Of a DNA stretch of 64,000 nucleotides, positions 11,878 through 22,483 are shown piece after piece; positions within the stretch are counted from its first letter, which is position 1, and every line of letters begins with the position of its first letter. Source of the DNA: Macrostomum lignano (Eukaryota); NCBI GenBank assembly GCA_002269645.1, contig NIVC01000702.1:248001-312000 (forward strand), written 5' to 3'. The translations under genes and the position numbers were made by a program. The notes under the pieces were generated by a model. That model had not been told where the DNA came from, searched no databases, and saw only the letters and a list, made by a program, of their open reading frames with translations.

Positions 11878-12530
11878 CAGTCAGTCAGTCAGTCAGTCAG
11901 TCAGTCAGTCAGTCACTCAGTTACTCAGTCAGCCAGTCAGTCAGTCAGTCAGTCAGTCAGTCAGCCAGTCAGTCAGTCAGTCAGTCAGTCAGTCAGTCAG
12001 TCAGTCAGTCAGTCAGTCACTCACTCAGTTACTCAGTCAGCCAGTCAGTCAGTCAGTCAGTCAGTCAGTCAGTCAGCCAGTCAGTCACTCACTCAGTTAC
12101 TCAGTCAGTCAGTCAGTCAGTCAGTCAGTCAGTCAGTCAGTCAGTCAGTCAGTCAGTCAGTCAGTCAGTCAGTCAGTCACTCAGTCAGTCAGTCAGTCAG
12201 TCAGTCAGTCAGTCAGTCAGTCAGTCAGTCAGTCAGTCAGTCAGTCAGTCAGTCAGTCAGTCAGTCAGTCAGTCAGTCAGTCAGTCAGTCAGTCAGTCAG
12301 TCAGTCAGTCAGTCAGTCAGCCAGTCAGTCAGTCAGTCAGTCAGTCAGTCAGTCAGTCAGTCAGTCAGTCAGTCAGTCAGTCAGTCAGTCAGTCAGTCAG
12401 TCAGTCAGTCAGTCAGTCAGTCAGTCAGTCAGTCAGTCAGTCAGTCAGTCAGTCAGTCAGTCAGTCAGTCAGTCAGTCAGTCAGTCAGTCAGTCAGTCAC
12501 TCAGTCAGTCAGTCAGTCACTCACTCAGTT
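11878..12530. repeat. (TCAG)n microsatellite
   Basis: Direct reading; spurious SQSV ORFs. Confidence 0.96.
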
Positions 12531-12984
12531 AATCCCTCAATCATTCACTCGCTTATTCACTCACTCAGGTACTCAGTGACAAGCTGTTTTTAATTATAAT
12601 CACTTTCTCAGTCGCTCACTTCAGAAAAAACATTACTAAAACTCACTAAAGAGTTAATTATTTTATTAGTAATTTACTATAGATATAGTTAAATTATTAT
12701 TGTATTAAATTAGTAGACTTTAAACAGTAAAAACAAAGAGCTGCACTTATTCATAAGATTATAACAAAAACGCGAACGGGTAATCGTTTCAATTTTGTTG
12801 ACTACTTGCTACGGAAAATTTATAACGAAATTGAATTAAATTTTAGAGTGTCACTGTTAATAGCAAATCTTATACAAGCATTTTCTTCTGCAAAATAATG
12901 AATAAAATAGGACGCTTGTAAGTGCAATTATTCAAATTAGCATAGCCGTTAGCTGGAGGAAATTCTGGATCAACTGAAGGTGGA

Positions 12985-13490
12985 AGGAGAGGAGAGGAGA
13001 GGAGAGGAGAGGAGAGGAGAGGAGAGGAGAGGAGAGGAGAGGAGAGGAGAGGAGAGGAGAGGAGAGGAGAGAAGAGGAGAGGAGAGGAGAGGAGAGGAGA
13101 GGAGGGGAGAGAGAGGAGAGGAGAGGAGAGGAGAGGAGAGGAGGGGAGAGGAGAGGAGAGGAGAGGAGAGGAGAGGAGAGGAGAGGAGAGGAGAGGAGAG
13201 GAGAGGAGGGGAGAGGAGAGGAGAGGAGAGGAGAGGAGAGGAGAGGAGGGGAGAGGAGGGGAGAGGAGAGGAGAGGAGAGGAGAGGAGAGGAGAGAAGAG
13301 GAGAGGAGAGGAGAGGAGGGGAGAGAGAGGAGAGGAGAGGAGAGGAGAGGAGAGGAGAGGAGGGGAGAGGAGGGGAGAGGAGAGGAGAGGAGAGGAGAGG
13401 AGAGAAGAGGAGAGGAGAGGAGAGGAGGGGAGAGGAGAGCAGAGGAGAGGAGAGGAGAGGAGAGGAGAGGAGAGCAGAGGAGAGGAGAAG
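12985..13490. repeat. (GGAGA)n microsatellite
   Basis: Direct reading. Confidence 0.96.
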
Positions 13491-13786
13491 GGTGACGAGG
13501 AGAGAGGAAATACAAGAAAAAGTCTTAACAAAAACAAAATCAAAAGTAAATTACCAAAAATATTATTTCAATGGCCAATTTTCAATTCCTTGCAGCCTAA
13601 GAATAGCTAAAGAAATTATCCAGACAAATAAATAAAATAATAAGTAAAAAGTAACTCAAGGTCAAATACTACAGCAGAACAGAGTGTTAAAACTCTCTGT
13701 TTAGAATATTCAATTACAGATCAGAAATTGTCAGCAGTGATATCTGAAACGGCAGTATTAATTATCAGGGACAGACCACTAAAAAG

Positions 13787-14434
13787 TCATTCCCGCAGGT
13801 ACCTTCTGTAGAAATCCTGCACATCCAGCAGCACGCGGGATCTGTCCCGCATCCGCACCTCAACAGCTTCAATTTCGGGCAGGTGCACATCCCGAATGCC
13901 GAGGCGAATCGGTGGCAGTTGCGGCTCCAGCGGCTGCTGCGGTTGAGGAGGCGGCGGAGGTTGAGAAGACAGGAATTTCTGCTGCTGCTGCTGCTGCATC
14001 GGAGGCTGCGCAGCTCTTCCTGTGTACACATCCGGGTTGGATTTGTAAGCTCCCACATCCGGAGGCGGTGGCGGACTTCGCGACCGAGAGATCCGGTATT
14101 GATAAGGAGTCGAGGGCGGCGGCTGCTGCTGTTGAAGCACTTGACGCTCCACGGCTGTAGGCTGCTGAAGAGGCTGCGGTGGTGGAGGCGGCGGCGGTGG
14201 CGCCGGCGGCCCAGCGGCTGCACCATAGCGATCCAGAGTGGCTGGCGGAGGTGGCCCTCGGACACTGTCCGCCGGTCGGTCATGAGGTTCCGGCGATGCG
14301 GCCGGAGAGTCGTCCGCTGCTCCGGCTGCGAATGTCGGGTGCTGCAGCGGCGGCAGGTGATGCGGCGGCGGCGGTGGTGGCGGCGGCAGAGACTGCGGCG
14401 GCGGCGTCACGGGAGGATAGCGGGCCAGCTGCTG
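13787..14434 (-). CDS. Unknown Pro/Gln-rich protein, exon 2
   Basis: Pyrimidine-rich acceptor TTCCACCCTCAG| phase 0; poly-P/poly-Q then ordered segment PPIRLGIRDVHLPEIEAVEVRMRDRSRVLLDVQDFYRR; ends at TGA 13787 or at a weak AG|GTACCT donor (13803). Confidence 0.68.
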   Translation of the reverse strand, partial: QQLARYPPVTPPPQSLPPPPPPPPHHLPPLQHPTFAAGAADDSPAASPEPHDRPADSVRGPPPPATLDRYGAAAGPPAPPPPPPPPQPLQQPTAVERQVLQQQQPPPSTPYQYRISRSRSPPPPPDVGAYKSNPDVYTGRAAQPPMQQQQQQKFLSSQPPPPPQPQQPLEPQLPPIRLGIRDVHLPEIEAVEVRMRDRSRVLLDVQDFYRRYLRE

Positions 14435-15404
14435 CTGAGGGTGGAACATGATTCATGCTTCAACTCAGTTGCTTGAACTGGTACAAGACAACCCATCTGG
14501 TGGAATTTAGTGTACACAAGCCCCAAATGTCATGGTTCCACCTTTGGGGCGGACTTTAATTTTGATGAATTTGGGATCATTTTAGGCCAGATTTTCTGCT
14601 CCTCTTTTTTGACAGTCACGCAAGCGACCATAACTCATTGGAGCTTCAATCGATACCTCAATCTGTCTTTTTTGACCCGTCACAGACTGTCTGTCTGGCT
14701 CCCAAGAGTCTGTGGACGACAACAACAATGAAGAGTAAATATTCTTCCTTCGAAATCGAACGGGAGTGCGGAGGGGGGAGACGAGTTCGATCAGATTAGA
14801 GCTAGCCAGAGGCTGGTCTCGGGTCAATAAGTTCATCTGGAGCTCTGTCAGCACCGGGTGGGCGAGCGCTCTCCATCTCCAGCCTCCCAGAACCCAAGAA
14901 TCCACAGCAGCTGCCGTGAGGCCGCAAGTCTCAACTTTTCTCCCTGCAACCCTCTCTCTTCTTTCTCTCGAATTCGTCGCCAGGGGGGGGTTCCTAGGCA
15001 TAGATTTCCAGTCTCTCGACCTCTCCTATACTTGATGAAGAAGCGGTTTCGCTAGGCATGTCGAGTGGACCAAACACAGACCAAGAGGCGGCGGCGAGGG
15101 TGTGTGTGAGAACAGGGCGGGCGAGTGGGAAGTTCGACACTCCCCCAAAGTCGCGAATTAATTTATTTCGTTTCCCCTTGGTCTGAAGCTCGACGGTTCT
15201 TCCAAAGAAAGTCGATGATTGACTTTTCAAGCTGCCTGACTTTCGAGGGCGTCGCCTTAGTTGCGTCAAGTCCAGCATATAATTATCTTTTTTTCATTCT
15301 ATATTTTCGATTTTACTCGATTTTAAACGGCTTTTTAATGGCGATTGGTTTGTTGCTGACCGAATAAGAGAGACGTTGAATGATTATGGGAAGTCTCGTC
15401 ATCA

Positions 15405-15660
15405 AAACAGTGATTCAGGAGCTGAGGTGAATCAAAGACAATGATTCAGGTGCTGAGGTGAATCAAAGACAGTGATTCAGGGGCTGAGGTGAATCAAAGA
15501 CAATGATTCAGGTGCTGAGGTGAATCAAAGACAGTGATTCAGGTGCTGAGGTGAATCAAAGACAATGATTCAGGTGCTGAGGTGAATCAAAGACAGTGAT
15601 TCAGGGGCTGGAGTGAATCAGACAGTGATTCAGGGGCTGGAGTGAATCAAAAGAATGATT
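15405..15660. repeat. 31-bp minisatellite with internal dyad
   Basis: Unit AGACARTGATTCAGGKGCTGAGGTGAATCAA; TGATTCA-N10-TGAATCA; lies in the intron of the Pro/Gln gene. Confidence 0.88.
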
Positions 15661-15757
15661 CAGGGACTCAAAGAGCAAAAGATTCAGGCTAACGATGACC
15701 TAAATTCTAATTAAGAAACAAAACAACCGTTAGAACAGGGACTCAAAAATACAATAC

Positions 15758-16006
15758 CTGCTGCAGCTCAGCCTGTTGATCCTGCAGTCTTACGAAGCCA
15801 GCAGGAGCCCTATACTGCCCGTCCCTCCGCAGGAAGTCGCCATACTCAGCCGCAGTGGTGGGAGTTCCCGCCTTCCTGACATCCAGATCGTAGTTCTTCA
15901 ACCGGTTGGGCACCGTAATGAGTGACACCTTGCCGCTGTCATAGAAATTTCCGTAGGCGTCGTTACTAGTGAACGCCGGGACGTACGAGTTTCGGTAGAA
16001 TGACAT
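15758..16006 (-). CDS. Unknown Pro/Gln-rich protein, exon 1
   Basis: ATG with upstream in-frame TAG; 83 codons MSFYRNSYVPAF...DQQAELQQ; CAG|GTATTG phase-0 donor; GC3-rich codons. Confidence 0.68.
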
Positions 16007-18214
16007 TCTCTGTCGCTTTTCTTCGTCAACTTTCTAGAAAACTCTGTTAAGCTCTGTGGCTACAGGCTTGCTCTCTAACTTAAAAAAGACTGTCAAAGCG
16101 TAGAGCTGAGGAGGGAAGGTGCAGAGATAGAGACCATAGCAACAAAAGGCGTCAAGCCCTCTTCCCGCGGCCCCAAACTGGATGAATTTTGAATAACGAA
16201 CGCAACGTTAGTCTTCTACGTCTTTCTCTCTATACTTTCTCTCTATAAAGAGATTGGAGATTTAGCCGAGCACACAAAGGCAGGTTGCACGATCCGCTGT
16301 TGCACGCAGCAGCTTTTTCTCTCTTCTCTTCTCTTCTCAGAAGATTTATTCTTGGTCATTAAGGCAAGCAACTCTTCTATCCAATGCCAACTGCATCTTT
16401 CAGCACTTTTTTTAATTTACTAACTTCTACCTAATTTGCCTTATCCTACCATGCAGATGTGCTGTGAATTTATTTTTTTGTACGTACATGTACATGTTTC
16501 ACACACGTGCTTTATATATTAGTCACTATGTACGTTTTTTTGATATTCGAATTAAATTTTGCACAGGTCTCCAAATCTTCTTGCAAATCGGTCTCCATGC
16601 TCAAAATTCGGAACAAGATTTCTCTGCCTTTCATTCATTCCGTCCTCCCCATGCTAATATTGCTGAGAAAACTGACCTTGCAGCCGGATAAGCCGTTAAT
16701 AGTGTAGTAGGGCTTAGTATTAGGAATAGGTTAGATATGCTTTTTCACTACTGACAATAGTTTCAACCAGAGAAAATAATTATGGCAGGGTAAATCGCGA
16801 ATTTTGGGCTTCTTTATAATACAACTACTTGCAGTTGCTTGTTGTTGTTAAACGGGGGTGGGAAGCTTTGCTACCCGCGGATCAGCCCGGGGTGGGCTCT
16901 GCCGCTGAGGGGCACTACCAGGGGCCAAGGCATTAGCTGTCCAGGGCCCGAGATACCCGATGGATACATTGGGATTGGACCCGGCTCAAAGCGCGGGTGG
17001 GCGAGTTGACCCAAGCCTACGGTACAAGACACCGCCAACCCAAAAAGTGGAATCAGGGACGGTGCTAGGACCGAGTCCACCCAGGCCACCCCCCCAGCTA
17101 GCGAGTCCTCGGGAGTGCGCAGAACTTGCAGTTGCTTAGTGAAACTGAATGATTGGACTAAATTTATTCTACAAGCATTGAACTTAAAATACACTATTTG
17201 CGTAGGAGCCCCCCTAGGGCTGAAGCGCAGGGTAATTTTTCTATGGCCCAACTTATCATATGAAAATGAAACTTAGAGTTGCTTAGTGAACAATTCTGTA
17301 TCAAGGAATTGCGTCATAAGCTATTTTGGTAATGTATCCTTTTGAAATTATACACAATAACGCTATTCAGAGTCAATGCCTTATACACAGCTGCCATGCC
17401 CATAACGCGTCGAGGCCTACCGGGGCTATAGCAGTTGTGTGAAAAGCCTTACCTCCAAATAATCTATCATTGTCTATAGACAGAGCATTAACAAGTCAAG
17501 TAAGAGAGAAGACAAAGGATCGAGGAAGCTACCAACAAAGACGATACGCAAGATCGGCGGCCAGTCGCCAACCACAAGAACTGAACGCTCTCTACCCCAA
17601 GAACTAAGTGAAACAGGTAGCCAACCGTTGCTACAGTTAACATCTAGCAACTGAGAGTTAAGTTATACAGAACACTTTAGCCGCAATATTGATTGTCCCG
17701 CGGATTCTGCAAGATAAAGCAGAGTTATGCACGGTTAGCAGAGAGCAATTTATAGCTCCATCTTGAAAGCCGAACTCGCGGTGTTGCAGTTCAATCAGCA
17801 CAAAAGAGGACTCCCAACAACTGGATTATGTACTGACAGCTGGAGCGGATCAAGAAAGTTTCTCACCTACACTAAACTCTGTGCACCAAGAGGCACCTGC
17901 TCGAAAACAGCTAAGCCAGAGGAATTAACGACCGACCGAGATCTGTCTCGTCCAGCTTCCTCAGTTCAAGGAGACACGTCGGCATCGATTGGAAAAGCTT
18001 GCCAGCAACCGCCGCTCAAGACTGCATGAAGACGCACTTTTTGCTGCCGGCACAGAGGCATGGAGGACTGGTTAAGTCTGTCAGTCCCTCACAAATAGAT
18101 TGCAATCAAACTTAGTCGAAATACAATGAAACCTAATCGAAAACCTTCGATTTAGTACTACGAGGAGTGTTCGGAAAGTTCTGACACTTTTAAACAGGTG
18201 GAGACCATGCTTGG

Positions 18215-18379
18215 GCGCAACCTAGGGATTCACCCGGCCGTTTCTATTGGCAACACACACACACACACGTAAGTCGCTATTGGACAGAATAATAGTCACG
18301 TGACTGCTCTCAGCCAATAGCGACTTACATGTGTGTGTTGCCAATAATAGAAATGGCCGAGTGATTCCCAAGGTTGCGC
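18215..18379. repeat. Imperfect fold-back inverted repeat (MITE-like)
   Basis: Arms GCGCAACC...GTAAGTCGCTATTGG and CCAATAGCGACTTAC...GGTTGCGC around a central GTCACGTGAC palindrome. Confidence 0.75.
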
Positions 18380-18494
18380 ATGTGTGGAGACTGCAGTGTC
18401 TGTTAGGAAAGCTGTATTGAACGGTTGATGATGATAGTTAAAGACAACAGTTTGTTTCTAAAAGTACAAAAACCATCGCTTTCTATATCCCATA

Positions 18495-18662
18495 ACCCCC
18501 CCAAGGCGCAGTAAAGTGTACATGCCTAAGGATAAATAAAGTCAGGGCATCTGCACACTCCTGTGTGAGTGTGTGCCTGCTCAGGGGAGTCGGCGGAATG
18601 GGCAGCAATGCCTCTCGCCGGTTGTGTGACAATGTCGCTTAAAGTGCGCCAGGGTGCACACA
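18495..18662 (+). repeat. Truncated copy of SINE-like repeat seen at 49411-49733
   Basis: Long near-identical blocks e.g. CTGCTCAGGGGAGTCGGCGGAATGGGCAG and GTCGCTTAAAGTGCGCCAGGGTGCACAC. Confidence 0.8.
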
Positions 18663-19019
18663 GTCTCCATGACTCCAATAAAACAAAAAGCAAAATACTT
18701 TTGCTTTGAAAAAATTTTCGGTATACAACAAAGAAGTTGTATAAACTGAAAGAAAAAGCGTATTAAATTTAAACATATGATCGTATATTTAATCGGCTGT
18801 TAATAGGAGAAACTAAATTTTGCTTACAGTGGCCAGACTTAAAAAAATAGCAAATTTGCTTTTAATAGTCAAATCAGTTACGAGAAAAAAAAGACAAAAA
18901 ATATTAAACAAAAATGCAGGAGATTTTAGTTAGCAGTTTCACTGCAACAAACTGCACTATTATAGTAGAACAATAACATAAAAATCCTAGATTTCAAATA
19001 CAGTCAAAGTACAACATTT

Positions 19020-20270
19020 TCCCAATTTCACAAATATCCTATTATCCCCAAATTTACAAATATCTCATTATCCCCGAATTCAGAAACATCCCAGTATCCC
19101 CAAATTCACAAATATCCCATTATTCCCGAATTCACAAATATCCCATTATTCCCGAATTCACAAATATCCCATTATCCCAACTTCATAAACTTCCCCTTTT
19201 CCCCAAATTCACAAATATCCCATTACCCCCGAATTCATAAATATCCCATTATCCCCAAATTCATAAATATCCTATTATCCCCAAATTTACAAATATCTCA
19301 TTATCCCCGAATTCATAAACATCCCATCATCCCCAAATTCTAAAATATCAGATTATCCCCGAATTCAGAAACATCCCAGTATCCCCAAATTAAAAAATAT
19401 CCCATTATCCCAACTTCATAAACTTCCCCTTTTCCCCAAATTTACAAATATCCCATTATACCCAAATTCACAAATATCCCATTATCCCCGAATTCATAAA
19501 TATCCCATTATACCCAAATTCACAAATATCCCATTATCCCCGAATTCATAAACATCCCATTATCTCCAAATTCATAAATATCCCATCATCCCCAAATTCA
19601 TAAACATCCCATTATCTCCAAATTCATAAATATCCCATCATCCCCAAATTCTAAAATATCTCATTATCCCCGAATTCATAAACATCCCATTATCTCCAAA
19701 TTCATAAATATCCCATTATCCCCAAATTAAAAAATATCAGATTATCCCCAAACTCACAAATATCCCATTATCCTCAAATTCACAAATATCCCATTATCCC
19801 CAAATTCAAAAATATCCCATTATCCCCAAACTCACAAAGATCACAAATATCTCATTATCCCCAAATTCACTAATATTCCATTATACCCAAATTCACAAAT
19901 ATCCCATTATCCCCAAATTAAAAAAATATCCCATTATCCCCAAACTCACAAAGATCACAAATATCCCATTATCCCCAAATTCACTAATATTCCATTATAC
20001 CCAAATTTACAAATATCCCTTTATCCCCAAATTCAAAAATATCCCATTATACCCAAATTCACAAATATTCCACTATCCCTAAATTCACAAATATCCCATT
20101 ATACCCAAATTCACAAATATTCCACTATCCCTAAATTCACAAATATCCCATTATCCCCAAATTCACAAATATCCCATTATACCCAAATTCACAAATATCC
20201 CATTATACCCAAATTCACAAATATCCCATTATCCCCAAATTCACAAATATCCCATTATCACAAATCTCCT
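19020..20270. repeat. ~26-bp minisatellite
   Basis: Unit CACAAATATCCCATTATCCCCAAATT. Confidence 0.92.
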
Positions 20271-20298
20271 ACAAATCGCATTACTCATTCCCAGCTAA

Positions 20299-20554
20299 CT
20301 AAGCGTCATTATCATTACTATTGTGCCCAGAATTGTGCGCAAGCGACTGTCGGGAACTCAGCTGCGACTCCGGCGGCGGGCCAAAGAACTCGCATTCCAG
20401 ATACTTCAGCCAGAGATCCAAGGGCGCGTCAGAGGGCGGCAGGATGCAGCCGGGCGGCAGGCAGCCTCCGGGCTGTACGGAGACCACCCGTATCGCTCGC
20501 TCAGAGCCAATGTCCAGCTCCACGATGTCCATACCGCGCCTGCCCGCCATGTAC
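20299..20554 (-). CDS. Unknown protein, terminal exon
   Basis: CCCTTGCACAG|G TAC phase-2 acceptor matches AA|GTAAGC donor at 21145; YMAGRRGMDIVELDIG...LWLKYLECEFFG...DNDA-stop. Confidence 0.72.
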
Positions 20555-20689
20555 CTGTGCAAGGGTGAGTAGAGAGCTGACAATAAGAAAATGGATTGGG
20601 ATTATGGGATAAAGAGGGGAAGGTCGAGGCTGGGGATAAGGCAGAGTCAAGAAGGGGTCAGAGAGAGTTCAGAAAGGATCAGTCAGGAT

Positions 20690-21110
20690 TTGGAAAGGGT
20701 CGAACTGACAAATACGGAAAGGGTCAGACAGTATCCAGAAAGGGCCAGACAGGATCCAGAAGCGGTCAAACAGTATCCAGAAAGGGTCAGAGCGACAATA
20801 CGGAAAGGGTCAGAAAGGATCCAGAAGGGGTCAGAAAGAATCCGGAAAGGGTCAGACTGACAATATGGAAAGGGTCAGACAGAATGCGGAAAGGGTCAGA
20901 CAGAATGTGGAAAGGGTCAGACTGACAATATGGAAAAGGTCAGACAGAACTCGGAAGGGTCAGACAGAATGCGGAAATGGTCAGACTGACAATATGGAAA
21001 GGGTCAGACAGAATGCGGAAAGGGTCAGACAGAATGCGGAAAGGGTCAGACAGAATCCGGAAATGGTCAGACTGACAATACGGAAAGGGTCAGACAGAAT
21101 CCGGGTGGTC
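20690..21110. repeat. 21-23-bp intronic minisatellite
   Basis: Unit GGAAAGGGTCAGACAGAATGC and GGAAAGGGTCAGACTGACAATAT variants. Confidence 0.85.
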
Positions 21111-21144
21111 AGACATGCCTTGAAGCTTCAGAACACGCGCTTAC

Positions 21145-21916
21145 TTGAGTCTCCCAGCTTCGCGATCCCAGTCAATAGGAAATGCGCTCCTCAGCTTCAA
21201 CACTTCATCCTCCATCGCTTTGGCCCTCGCGGCGGCTCTAGAACGCTCTCTTAGCTGAGCAACGTCTTTCACCTGGAAGCTAGCAGCGCCACTACTTCCA
21301 TCTTCTCGAACCCGGATGTTAACAACGCTAAAGGGATCGCCATGACAGAACTGAGCAATAGCGCTAGATGTTTCCATGCGAACTTCAACCTGACCGGAAG
21401 CTAAAGCACTCAGACTATTATCATTGACTCTGTCCGACTGCACACTGGACAGAAAGGCGGGTATAGCGCCAGACTTTTGAAGGCTCTGTTCCACACTGAA
21501 GGCAAGACTGCTTGCTGCAGAAGCAACTGTGGTATTATTGTAAGAAGAAATTTCCAAGCATTGAGGCGTTGTTGGCGGAGTTGTCATAGCAACTGGTGAC
21601 GGGTTTTTCGATTGAATCCACAAGTTAGTCTCTTGTTTGATCAATTCTAACCAACGATTGTGCAGTTCTGGCAGACTGCCAACTGGCTCAGATTCCATAG
21701 TTGAAGATAATTTAGTCAGGGCAGAATCAGCAATGCTAATTGGCAAGCCACGTTCTACTAAAAGACCACGACTCATTTCTGCGAGATCTTCCAAATCATT
21801 GTCAGTCTCATCATCATAGTTGAGATTATCAATAGTAGAAGCTAGACAATTAAATAGGCGAATAGTTGATTCGAGCTTATCTGAATGTTGATCAGCCGAT
21901 GTCATTGTGGCATTGG
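21145..21916 (-). CDS. Unknown protein, penultimate exon
   Basis: Strong acceptor TTGCTTCTTTTTCTGCAG| (phase 1), 257 open codons, AA|GTAAGC donor; upstream exon not located. Confidence 0.72.
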
Positions 21917-22134
21917 CTGCAGAAAAAGAAGCAATTTATTTTTAATTTAGATAAACAAAAAGCTAGAGTGAGTAAAATGAATAAATGTGTCACAAGGACT
22001 GCACAAAAGTTAACATATTGAAGTCATTTCAAAAGTTTTTTTTTTTTCAAAACTTGTGTGAATTTTCCTAGTGACTCAATGATATTAGTCTGGGTGGTAA
22101 TTGTTTATGTTAATTAAGATATTGAATTTAAGAC

Positions 22135-22369
22135 TGTAGTGAGTGAAACGAGGCTAGACTGCTTGTTGTAGTCGATAGTTGCCGAATGCTTGCAGGCGAG
22201 AATAATAGCGATCAGTATATTTATTGAATTATTGAGCTGAGTCAGAATGGTGGCTAAAGTCGCACCATGCACATTTGATATTGTACGCATAAGGGTTGAG
22301 CTAGCAGAGTCACGCGGCGCAGCCGCTAACAACCCCCCAACACACACACGATAGTAGGCGCTGCCTACA
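22135..22369 (-). repeat. 3' LTR of Mag-like element
   Basis: 233/235 identical to 26720-26954. Confidence 0.96.
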
Positions 22370-22483
22370 CTTCTCCCCCCCAAAGGAATTAAAAAAAAAC
22401 TTCGAACTAAAGAAAATTAGCTGTTTACGAAGTACACCGCTTCAGCTTGAGTTATGCCGCTTCGGGCAATGCGGATCAGATAC

